A stretch of 20,000 bases of DNA from an uncultured virus (IMG/VR IMGVR_UViG_3300047172_000194) (taxonomy: Duplodnaviria; Heunggongvirae; Uroviricota; Caudoviricetes), in the IMG/VR virus record IMGVR_UViG_3300047172_000194; one strand, 5' to 3'. A model generated the notes under the pieces. That model searched no databases, had not been told where the DNA came from, and saw only the letters and a list, made by a program, of their open reading frames with translations. This document shows positions 1 to 7,743 of the stretch, piece after piece; the first letter of the stretch is position 1; every line of letters begins with the position of its first letter. The position numbers and the translations under genes were made by a program.

Positions 1-162
1 TCCGCCGACGCGCAGCTTACGGCCATCAAGGCCTCGCCGACCGCGGGAACGATGAACGCGGCCGCCGCGGCCAAGGCGTTCGCGGCGCAGCAGCAGTCCG
101 CAGGTGCAACGGTCGCGGGCGCCTATCTCGGGCGGGCGGCGAACAACCTCGGGGCAAGCTAG
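1..162 (+). CDS. C-terminal fragment of a phage tail-associated protein (5' truncated by window)
   Basis: Open frame 1 from the window edge: ...SADAQLTAIKASPTAGTMNAAAAAKAFAAQQQSAGATVAGAYLGRAANNLGAS, TAG at 160-162, 3 nt before the next ATG in the tail operon. Confidence 0.7.
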   Translation, partial: SADAQLTAIKASPTAGTMNAAAAAKAFAAQQQSAGATVAGAYLGRAANNLGAS

Positions 163-165
163 GCC

Positions 166-378
166 ATGGCGCAGACCCTCGACATCTCCCCCGCCGACAT
201 CTCCCTGTTCCACGTGGCCGCCCGCGTCTGGTCGGACGCCACGGCGTGGCTCGCGCTTGCCCGGGCGAACCCCGACACCTTCATCAGCGGTGGCGCCATA
301 GACCCGATGATCTACGGCCTCGCGACCATCAGCGTACCGGACTGGGACGCCAGCTTCAGCGGCAGCGCGCCGTCGTAG
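166..378 (+). CDS. Small LysM-like / P2 gpX-like tail (baseplate) protein
   Basis: 70 aa with SLFHVAARVWSDATAWLALARAN...DP...ISVP pattern typical of LysM/gpX-like tail proteins; sits directly before the gpD-like gene. Confidence 0.7.
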   Translation: MAQTLDISPADISLFHVAARVWSDATAWLALARANPDTFISGGAIDPMIYGLATISVPDWDASFSGSAPS

Positions 379-387
379 GAGGACATC

Positions 388-1524
388 TTGGACACATCGT
401 CGTGGCCCCAATATGATGTTGTCCGCCAGCCACTCTGGAAGTGTGTCGTAAACGGCACCGAGCTCCTGCCGCTGCACGCCGCGCTGACCACGAACAACCA
501 CTATCGCTCGGACTCCTTCAGCGCCGAGTTCGCCTTGAACGCGGTTCCCGCGATGCAGCCGGTCTGGGACGGCGCGACGTCGGACATTCCCAGCGTCGAG
601 TTTCACGTGTGCTTCCTGCCGCCCGGCGCGCCCGAGGGGTCGGGTCCCTGGAGATGCCTCTTCGTCGGCGAGCTCGACGAAATCACGCAGAGCCCGCTGA
701 AGGGCACCGTGTCCGTCACCGCCCGCGACCTGTCCTCGCGGCTGATCGACGCCAAGACCTCGGAGACCTTCGCCAACAAGAGGTCATCGGATGTCGCGGC
801 CATCCTCGCCGCCCGCCACGGGCTCGGCACCGACATCGACCCCACTTCGGCCCTGGTCGGCAGCTTCTACCAAAAGGAGCACGACAAGATCACCGGCGAC
901 GGGTTCTCGAAGACCAACACGGAATGGGACCTGCTCGTTTTCCTTGCCCGCCAGGAAGGATACGACGTCTGGGTGGGGCCGCCCGCGAATGGCTCCGGAC
1001 CGCCACTGCTCCACTTCAAGCAGGCCGTGGCCGCCGAGACGGCGACGCCGCTCCAGCTGGTCTACACGCCCTCCGGGCAGGTGCCCTGGCCCGGCATTGC
1101 GGTCCTCGACATCGAAAAAAAGCGCCACACGAAGATCGCCAAGGGCACCGTGGTGACCATGAAGGTGTGGGACTCCAAGTCGAAGTCGTCCACGCCCGTG
1201 TCCTACCCTTCGTCGCCGTCCTCCGCCCAGAAGACCGGGCAGGTCATCGTGCTGCCGCCGCGCCCCGGCATGAGCAAGCAGCGGGCCCAGCAGTACGTGC
1301 AGCAGCAATACCACGACATCGTGGCGCACGAGCGGCTGGTCTCCCTGGAGATGCCGGTGGAGTTCACCCTGGACGCACGGTCCATCGTCCAGCTGTCGGG
1401 CACGCAGTCGAGCTACGACTACCGCTACTACGTGGATTCCATCTCGCGGGATTTCTCCACCTCCGGGTGCAGGCAGACCGTGCGCTTGAAGAACCACGTC
1501 ACGGAGTCGGACAGCACGGTCTGA
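388..1524 (+). CDS. Baseplate hub protein (P2 gpD / Mu gp44-like, 'late control D' family)
   Basis: 378 aa, TTG start after GGAGGA; motifs LFVGELDEI, VTARDLSSRLID, EWDLLVFLARQEGY, YYVDSISRDFS; phage-like GC3 codon use; synteny. Confidence 0.85.
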   Translation: MDTSSWPQYDVVRQPLWKCVVNGTELLPLHAALTTNNHYRSDSFSAEFALNAVPAMQPVWDGATSDIPSVEFHVCFLPPGAPEGSGPWRCLFVGELDEITQSPLKGTVSVTARDLSSRLIDAKTSETFANKRSSDVAAILAARHGLGTDIDPTSALVGSFYQKEHDKITGDGFSKTNTEWDLLVFLARQEGYDVWVGPPANGSGPPLLHFKQAVAAETATPLQLVYTPSGQVPWPGIAVLDIEKKRHTKIAKGTVVTMKVWDSKSKSSTPVSYPSSPSSAQKTGQVIVLPPRPGMSKQRAQQYVQQQYHDIVAHERLVSLEMPVEFTLDARSIVQLSGTQSSYDYRYYVDSISRDFSTSGCRQTVRLKNHVTESDSTV

Positions 1525-1549
1525 CTGGCGGCGAGCACGGTCCTATCCT
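1521..1549 (+). promoter_or_regulatory. Possible sigma70 promoter for the inserted gene 1601-2359
   Basis: CTGACT (1521-1526), 17 nt, TATCCT (1544-1549); 4/6 matches in each box. Confidence 0.3.
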
Positions 1550-1600
1550 AAAAGCTGCGCGCATGGGATGTAAGCGCGGACGCTTCAGGGGCAGGACAAG

Positions 1601-2359
1601 ATGAACGCAGGCGAGCGGCAATATGCAGCTATCCTTGAAGGAGACCCTGAAGACCTGAAGGACCTGCGGCTGGATTACGCGGGTTCGGGGCCGATACGGG
1701 TCACGGAAATCGAGGTTGGTGGCAAGAGGTTCACGGCGCTGCTCGCCGACGAGTTCTCGGCTCAGGCGTCGTCCGCCGGAGCTTTGAATGTCGCGCGTGA
1801 AATCGTTGCACAGATTAACGGGCTGCGTCTCGTTGCACGTACCGATCGCCGCCCGGTCCGTCCCACAATCATGCATGACCGCCTTGATGTCGGCGAGTGG
1901 TCCGTGGGCACGAACCATGCGTCCGGAGCACTGGAAGTCGGACCAGTTCAGATCCGTGCCACTGCGACAGTGACTGGGGTGGACGGGACACCAATCCCAG
2001 AAAGCGCCCGCCCGGCGTGGCCCGCCAAGTGGCTCGCCTTCGCCCGGTCGGGGACACCGGATGGCAAAAGGGCCGCGGATATCCTCAGCGCGTTGAGCGG
2101 CAATCCCGATTGGGCCGACCTGTGGCGCGCCCAGGAGATGTTCCATCACGATAGGCGCCAACTGCCGGATTGGAACGACGGCGACTCCGAACGCTTCCGG
2201 CAATCGGCCACCTTGCACCGGCACAGCCACAACAGCCGCAACGGTAAGGACGCACGCGAGTGGTTCGCGCTAACGCTTGAGCCTAAAATGGACATCAATA
2301 CTGCACGTCAAGTCGTTTCGAGGGGCGCGAAGCTCTGGCTAGCCTGGAAGGTTCAGTAG
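1601..2359 (+). CDS. Non-structural inserted (moron) protein, possibly HEPN-like in its C-terminal half
   Basis: 252 aa, ATG after AGGA; more A/T-ending codons than the tail genes; C-terminal DWADLWRAQE...ERFRQSATLHRHS helical segment with an R-x(4-6)-H-compatible arrangement. Confidence 0.65.
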   Translation: MNAGERQYAAILEGDPEDLKDLRLDYAGSGPIRVTEIEVGGKRFTALLADEFSAQASSAGALNVAREIVAQINGLRLVARTDRRPVRPTIMHDRLDVGEWSVGTNHASGALEVGPVQIRATATVTGVDGTPIPESARPAWPAKWLAFARSGTPDGKRAADILSALSGNPDWADLWRAQEMFHHDRRQLPDWNDGDSERFRQSATLHRHSHNSRNGKDAREWFALTLEPKMDINTARQVVSRGAKLWLAWKVQ

Positions 2360-2418
2360 CCGGACCGTGCGCCTGCGGAGCGATGGCCCTGTGCCTCCTG
2401 TTCCGCTATTGTCTCCCC

Positions 2419-2982
2419 ATGGGGACAGAACGCTGGGTCTGCGAGACGGGGCCATGCCCGTGCGGGCAAGGGACCATCGAAATCGAGCAGGTCGCACCGG
2501 ACCACGGCTGGGCGCAGACGATCGACTATCACCCTAGCCTACGATGCGACGCATGCAGCAAGGATTATGGGTTCGCGGGCATGACGCTGGTCCGCAAGGC
2601 GGATGCCGACGCCTACCACGTGGCCTTCCGCGCTTACTACGAGGCGAAAGCAGAAACGGACCGTCTGCCCATCCTTGACGAGATGAGGCGTCTGCTCGCC
2701 CCAGTGCTGGAGGCCATGCCGACAAAGGTGGCCCGGCATCGATGGTTGCGGGAACACGGCATCGAATCGCAAACCTACGGCACCTTCATCAAGCACTGGG
2801 ACAATGCGGAACGCTGGGTCCAGAGCGGCGTGAACCGTTACAACATGCTGGCGGTAGCCGCGGCGCTGGGCGTGGACCCGAGTCCCATACACAAGCACGA
2901 AGCCCGCCTCGCTTGGCTGCGCGCGGAGCGGTATCAAATGCCGGAAGCGATACCCACCAGCCTCAAGGGTCTGGCCGCCTAG
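2419..2982 (+). CDS. Non-structural inserted protein with N-terminal Zn-ribbon (CPCG...CDAC)
   Basis: ORF 2383-2982; likely start ATG 2419 (MGTERWVCETGPCPCGQG), 6 nt after a TATTGT -10-like box (possibly leaderless); helical C-terminal region. Confidence 0.65.
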   Translation: MGTERWVCETGPCPCGQGTIEIEQVAPDHGWAQTIDYHPSLRCDACSKDYGFAGMTLVRKADADAYHVAFRAYYEAKAETDRLPILDEMRRLLAPVLEAMPTKVARHRWLREHGIESQTYGTFIKHWDNAERWVQSGVNRYNMLAVAAALGVDPSPIHKHEARLAWLRAERYQMPEAIPTSLKGLAA

Positions 2983-3074
2983 CCGTCAACACCTTCACCG
3001 TGGCGGGCCGCCGCAGGATCTGCCAATCTTGACATAGTCTGGCGACGCGCGCGCAGGCGGGGAGGCCCTCTCGG

Positions 3075-3662
3075 ATGATGGCAGCCCTGGCCCGCATGCG
3101 GAACGCCATCCGCCGCGACATCGAAGCCATTATCGGCTCAGTCGCGCAGCCCCGTTTCGCCACCGTCGCGGCCGTGGACGAGACCACGCATTCGGTTCGC
3201 CTTGAGATTCAGCCGGAAGGCGTCCTCAGTGGCTGGGTTCCGGACGCAACTGCCCTGTTTGCTTCCGGAGGTTTCGGCGTGTCTGCCCCGTCGCGTCAGG
3301 GCGACCAGGTCAAGGCAGTCTACAGCCACGGAGATGCGGACTTCCCCGTAGTTATAGGCCGCGTCTACAGCGACGCCGACCCGGTTCCCGTATCTCCCCT
3401 GACCGGCGACCATGCCAAGCCCGGCGAGATGCTGATCTCCATGCCCGGCGGCGGCTGGCTGCACTTCAAGGGCGACGGCACGGTAGAGGGCGGCGGCACC
3501 CGTCTGACATGGCACGGCCCCATGACCGTAATGGGGGACCTGACCGTGCAGGGCGCTATCAACGCTACGGGCGACGTCGTCGGGAACGGCATCAGCCTCG
3601 ACCAGCACGTTCACAAGGACGTTCAGCCGGGCAACGGGACCACCGGGAAGCCGCAAGGATAA
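3075..3662 (+). CDS. Baseplate spike protein (P2 gpV / Mu gp45-like)
   Basis: 195 aa; OB-fold-type N-terminus (ATVAAVD...VRLEIQPEG..SGWVP, GDQV, VVIGRVYS); beta-helix tip ending in SLDQHVH (HxH iron-binding apex) and GTTGKP. Confidence 0.92.
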   Translation: MMAALARMRNAIRRDIEAIIGSVAQPRFATVAAVDETTHSVRLEIQPEGVLSGWVPDATALFASGGFGVSAPSRQGDQVKAVYSHGDADFPVVIGRVYSDADPVPVSPLTGDHAKPGEMLISMPGGGWLHFKGDGTVEGGGTRLTWHGPMTVMGDLTVQGAINATGDVVGNGISLDQHVHKDVQPGNGTTGKPQG

Positions 3663-3666
3663 CGCC

Positions 3667-4098
3667 ATGCGCCACGCCCTGACGCCCGACGCATGGCTCG
3701 CCCGCGAGCTAGCCAATGCGTCGGCGGCGGAGCGCACGCAGGCCACGCCGCTCCTCCTCGCCGACTTCGACGCGACCTGCACGGACATCGAACGCCAGCT
3801 CGCCGCCATCTCGGCGGACGCCTTCGAGAACTGCATGGCCGCCGAGGAACTCATTTTCCGCGTGCTCCAGCAAATCCTGTTCGAGGGAGACGATGCCGAT
3901 GCCGGATCTCTCCCAGGAGTGGCAGCAGGACCTGCAACTGACCCCGGCTGGCAGCCTGTCATTGACCACGACCCCGGCCCAGCTGACGCGCCAGTCCCTG
4001 ATCCGCCGCCTGCTGACGAACCCCGGCGACTACATCTGGGACCCCGGCTACGGGGCTGGCCTTGGCCGTTTCGTCGGCTCCCCGGCGGTCCCCGCTAG
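3667..4098 (+). CDS. Hypothetical acidic helical protein; 3' ~200 nt overlap the gpW-like gene out of frame
   Basis: ATG 4 nt after the gpV stop; the first ~75 codons fill the gap before gpW and look protein-like (LLLADFDATCTDIERQLAAISADAFE). Confidence 0.45.
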   Translation: MRHALTPDAWLARELANASAAERTQATPLLLADFDATCTDIERQLAAISADAFENCMAAEELIFRVLQQILFEGDDADAGSLPGVAAGPATDPGWQPVIDHDPGPADAPVPDPPPADEPRRLHLGPRLRGWPWPFRRLPGGPR

Positions 4099-4288
4099 CA
4101 TCCAGGGCTTAGTCCGCACACAGGCGCTCCTCGAAGTCACGGTCGCCTCGGTCGTGTCCGTTGCCGTCAGCGCCACCGGCACCACGGTGTCCTGCCTGCT
4201 CTCCTACACGAGCACGGACGCGCCGGACACGACGCAGACCCTCACCCTCAACGTGACCGCCACCGGCCACACGGCCTCGGGGAGCTGA
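3899..4288 (+). CDS. Baseplate wedge protein (P2 gpW / T4 gp25-like)
   Basis: MPDLSQEWQQDLQLTPAGSL...RQSLIRRLLTNPGDYIWDPGYGAGLGRFVG is a gp25/gpW signature; GAGGGAG RBS at 3883-3889; start is 3893 or 3899. Confidence 0.88.
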   Translation: MPDLSQEWQQDLQLTPAGSLSLTTTPAQLTRQSLIRRLLTNPGDYIWDPGYGAGLGRFVGSPAVPASIQGLVRTQALLEVTVASVVSVAVSATGTTVSCLLSYTSTDAPDTTQTLTLNVTATGHTASGS

Positions 4289-4291
4289 CAC

Positions 4292-5413
4292 ATGGCGCTC
4301 TCCATCCAGACCCTGCAGGGCATTCTGCAAGGGGCGGTCGCGGCCATCCAGTCGGCATGCTCGGCCATCACCAGCATCGGCAGCGGCTCTCCGGCACTCG
4401 CCATCGCGCAGGCAGACGCGAGCCAGTGGTCGGTCCAGCAGGCCAACATCTGGTACGTCTACAGCGCCACGCGCCTGAGCAGCTCAACCGGCACGGATGT
4501 CGACACGTTCGTCAACGACTTCGGCCTCTACCGCGAGCCCGCGACGTCGGCCGTCGGCAATGTCACCCTGTCGCTATCCACCGGTTCCAGCGCCACCATC
4601 CTGGTCGGCCAGCAGGTCCTGACCGGCGACGGCACTCAGGCGTTCGCGGTCACCGAGGACGCGGCCAACCCGTACTGGAACACTGCCGCGGCAGGATACG
4701 TGTTCCCGGTCGGCACCGTTTCGCCGGTCGTTCCCGTCGCGGCCGTCACGCCGGGCAGCGCGGGCAATGTCTCGGCGGGCGCCATCAGCCTGTTCGGCGA
4801 CGCCATCGCGGGCTTCACCGGGGTCACGAACCAGGTCGCGTTCGTCGGCGGCCTCGACGTGGAGTCCGACGCCGCCCTCAAGGTCCGCTTCATCGGCTAC
4901 GTCGCCAGCCTCGAAGCCGCAACCTACGAAGCCGTCGTTTCGGCCATCAACGGCGTGCAGCAGGGCCTGACGTGCTTCGTGCGGCCATGCATCAACCCGG
5001 CCGGTGTTTTCCAGCCGGGTTATTTCACGGTCATCGTGGATGACGGCAGCGGCACCCCGCCGACATCGCTGCTGAATGCGGTGTTCGCCGCGGTCGACAA
5101 GGTCCGCCCGATCACCGTCTGGTTCTCCGTGCAGCCCCCGACCGTCGTGCAGGCCAACATCACGCTCACGCTTACGGTCCTGGGCAACGGCAAGGCGGCG
5201 CTCATCCCGCAGGTCGCCGAGGCCATCGAGGCCTACGTGAACACGCTTCCGGTCGGCACGGCGCTGTCGCTGACGAAGGTATCTGCCATCGCCTACGGCG
5301 TGTCGGCGACCATCACGAACGTCTCCGGCGTTCTCATCGACAACATCGCGGCCGACCTCGTCGCGAGTCCGACGCAGGTCGTGAAGGTCACCACCGCCCC
5401 GAACATCACATAG
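4292..5413 (+). CDS. Baseplate J / Mu gp47-like protein
   Basis: 373 aa; STGTDVDTFVNDFGLYR.PAT.A.G.VT, AVTPGSAGNV, GGLDVESDAALKVRF, PGYFTVIVDDGSG, VDKVRP motifs. Confidence 0.93.
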   Translation: MALSIQTLQGILQGAVAAIQSACSAITSIGSGSPALAIAQADASQWSVQQANIWYVYSATRLSSSTGTDVDTFVNDFGLYREPATSAVGNVTLSLSTGSSATILVGQQVLTGDGTQAFAVTEDAANPYWNTAAAGYVFPVGTVSPVVPVAAVTPGSAGNVSAGAISLFGDAIAGFTGVTNQVAFVGGLDVESDAALKVRFIGYVASLEAATYEAVVSAINGVQQGLTCFVRPCINPAGVFQPGYFTVIVDDGSGTPPTSLLNAVFAAVDKVRPITVWFSVQPPTVVQANITLTLTVLGNGKAALIPQVAEAIEAYVNTLPVGTALSLTKVSAIAYGVSATITNVSGVLIDNIAADLVASPTQVVKVTTAPNIT

Positions 5414-5422
5414 GAGGTCGCC

Positions 5423-6235
5423 ATGGCACGCGGCGACCAAGCCGATTTCCTGTGGCGCCTCAAGGCCACGCTGCCGCCCTGGTTCGGCGAGCTCGCGTCC
5501 GATCCGGTCATCTCCGCCATCCTGTCGGGCCTCGCGTGGACGCAGGCGCAGTGCTGGTCCTGGTGGACCTACGTCCGTGCTCAGGGCCGCATCGGCACCG
5601 CGAGCGGCGCCAACCTGGACGACATCGCGCAGGACTTCTTCGGATACTCGCTGGCCCGCGCGGTCGGCGAGACCGACGACCACTTCCGCGCCCGCATCAA
5701 GCTCGCGCTGCTCCAGCCCAAGGGCACCCGGGCCGCGCTGCTGAATGCAGTCCAGCAGACCACCGGCTTCCCCGGCATCCTCGTCGAGCCCTGGAACCCG
5801 CTGGATTGTGGCGGCTACGCTTGCCTGTCGCAGCCGGGTGTCGGCGGCGGCGTCGCCTACGGGTCCGAGACCGAGAACGTCGCGGGAGCCGGGGGCCATG
5901 GCTCGCTGCTGCTGCCCTACCAGGCTTTCCTGACCTGCTACCGCCCGCCGATTGACCCGCCCGCCGGGGTGACCGGCTACGCGTCGCTGACGCAGGTGAC
6001 CGGATGCGGCCCCGGCGGATACGGCACGCTGGCCGCGCCCACGGGCAACGACGGCGCCATCGAGCTCGCGTCCTACGCGTCCATGCGGCCCCAGCAGGAC
6101 GAGGACATCCAGTCCGCCATCGCGAACGTGCTGCCGATCGGGACGGTCGTCTGGCTGCGGCTTACCGCCGTGCCGCCGACCGCGGGCGACCTGATCGACG
6201 ACAACTTCTTCCTGGACGAGAGCAAGGTGCAATGA
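5423..6235 (+). CDS. Baseplate/tail protein I-like (P2 gpI / Mu gp48-like)
   Basis: 270 aa after GGAGG; TASGANLDDIAQDFFG..LAR..GETDDHFRARIK...KGTRAAL; follows gpJ. Confidence 0.82.
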   Translation: MARGDQADFLWRLKATLPPWFGELASDPVISAILSGLAWTQAQCWSWWTYVRAQGRIGTASGANLDDIAQDFFGYSLARAVGETDDHFRARIKLALLQPKGTRAALLNAVQQTTGFPGILVEPWNPLDCGGYACLSQPGVGGGVAYGSETENVAGAGGHGSLLLPYQAFLTCYRPPIDPPAGVTGYASLTQVTGCGPGGYGTLAAPTGNDGAIELASYASMRPQQDEDIQSAIANVLPIGTVVWLRLTAVPPTAGDLIDDNFFLDESKVQ

Positions 6236-7662
6236 CCCAGCCCAACCTGCACCAGTTCGTCCCCGGGGAGCTCATGCACTCGGCTGACGTGAACAATAAC
6301 GAGGCGGCCATCAACGCGGAGGCCGCGCAGGCCGAGAACGACGCGCAGTCCGCCATCCAGGCCGCCGCGGCGGCCGCCGCGCGCCTTGCCGCCGACGAGG
6401 CGACCCTTGCGTCCGAAGCAAGCTCGGTTGGCTCCCTGGGCAGCCGCCTGACGGCCGACGAGTCCTCGCTCGCCGCGGCCATCACGGCCGAGGCCGGTCT
6501 GACGATGTCCGAGGCGGCCGACGCGTCCAGCATCGGATCGCTGGTGACCCGCATCACCGCTGACGAGGCCACCATCGCAGCGAACGCGGCCGCCGCCTCG
6601 ACCACGGGCACCCTGGCTACGCGCCTGACGGCCGACGAGGCCACGCTCGCGGCGGACACGAGCTCGCTCGGCACCATCGCCAGCAAGCAGACCACGGACG
6701 AGGCGGCGATTTCCTCGAACGCAGGGTCCGTGACGGCCCTGAACACTCGCCTCGGGACCGATGAGACATCGCTTGCGGCGGACACCTCCGCTATCGGCAC
6801 CATCCAAGGCAAGCAGACGGCCGACGAGGCAAATATCGCCTCGAACGCGGGCTCCGTCTCGACCATGGGGACGCGCCTGACCTCGGACGAGGCCACACTA
6901 TCGGCGGACACCTTGAGCCTCGGCACGGTCACGTCGAAGCAGACGGCCGACGAGGCGAACATCGCCAGCAACACGTCCTCCCTGTCGGCGATGAACACCC
7001 GCCTGGGGACCGACGAGACGTCGCTGGCGGCCGACACGTCGTCCATCGGCACCATCACCGGCAAGCAGACCACCGACGAGGCGAACATCGCCTCCAACAC
7101 CTCGTCGCTGACGGCAATGGGAACGCGGCTGACCACGGACGAGGCCACGCTCGCCACGGCCACCTCGAACCTCGGGACGGTGACATCCAAGCAGGCGACC
7201 GACGAGAGCAACATCGGCAGCCTGACGTCGCGGCTGACGGCGGACGAGGCCACCATCGCCAGCGGTTCCGGTGGTGCGGCGGCCCGCCCCATGGTGGCCT
7301 TCGACGGCTCCAGCATGACCATCCTGGTGAGCCGCCAGATCAACAAGATCGTCAAGCTGGGGGTCGGCCGCTACCAGGTCTTCTTCGCGTCCGGGGTCAA
7401 TCCGGGGAGCGACGTGGTGATTTCCGGCTCGCACTACCCGCCCTTCGGCGTCAAGACCGGGGGCTGGTGGGGAACCCTGCCGGGCGGCACCGACAGCACC
7501 ATCGCGCTCATCGGCGTCGAGCGATCCTACGTGCAGCCCTGGGGCGTGGACAGCGGCACCGGCCTCTACACGGTGACCATCCACTGCACCTACCAGGGCG
7601 GGGCCACGGGCAACGCCACCGGTTACGACGCCAGCATGATCTGCGTGGAGTTCGTCTGGTAG
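6232..7662 (+). CDS. Tail fibre-like protein with long coiled-coil repeat stalk and C-terminal head domain
   Basis: ATGA overlap with the gpI stop; N-terminal FVPGELMHSADVNNN anchor-like motif; heptad repeats; C-terminal MVAFDG...KLGVGRYQVFF fibre-tip-like domain. Confidence 0.75.
   Translation: MTQPNLHQFVPGELMHSADVNNNEAAINAEAAQAENDAQSAIQAAAAAAARLAADEATLASEASSVGSLGSRLTADESSLAAAITAEAGLTMSEAADASSIGSLVTRITADEATIAANAAAASTTGTLATRLTADEATLAADTSSLGTIASKQTTDEAAISSNAGSVTALNTRLGTDETSLAADTSAIGTIQGKQTADEANIASNAGSVSTMGTRLTSDEATLSADTLSLGTVTSKQTADEANIASNTSSLSAMNTRLGTDETSLAADTSSIGTITGKQTTDEANIASNTSSLTAMGTRLTTDEATLATATSNLGTVTSKQATDESNIGSLTSRLTADEATIASGSGGAAARPMVAFDGSSMTILVSRQINKIVKLGVGRYQVFFASGVNPGSDVVISGSHYPPFGVKTGGWWGTLPGGTDSTIALIGVERSYVQPWGVDSGTGLYTVTIHCTYQGGATGNATGYDASMICVEFVW
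6385..7260 (+). repeat. Intragenic 63-bp (21-aa) repeat with 126-bp and 252-bp higher-order periodicity
   Basis: LTADEATLAADTSSLGTIASK / QTTDEAAISSNAGSVTALNTR / LGTDETSLAADTSAIGTIQGK / QTADEANIASNAGSVSTMGTR...; LGTDETSLAADTS occurs at 6751 and 7003 (252 nt apart). Confidence 0.9.
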
Positions 7663-7743
7663 CCCAGGCGACCGCGCACCCCGACCGAAACCCGACAACC
7701 TGAACGCCCCGGGCACGTGCCCGCCGGGCGCGCGAGGACACGC

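Noticed and set aside
3028..3060. CTTGACA as a promoter for gpV
   Set aside because: Good -35 box but no recognisable -10 at 16-18 nt spacing.
4574..6232. 552-aa minus-strand ORF, and similar long ORFs 441-1604, 6162-7355, 10112-11452, 11475-12635, 17560-18807
   Set aside because: They fully overlap well-supported genes; long stop-free alternative frames are expected at this GC content.
6385..7260. CRISPR array or DGR template/variable repeat
   Set aside because: Repeats are in-frame, degenerate at synonymous positions and lack spacers; there is no adenine-specific variation and no reverse transcriptase or cas gene in the window.
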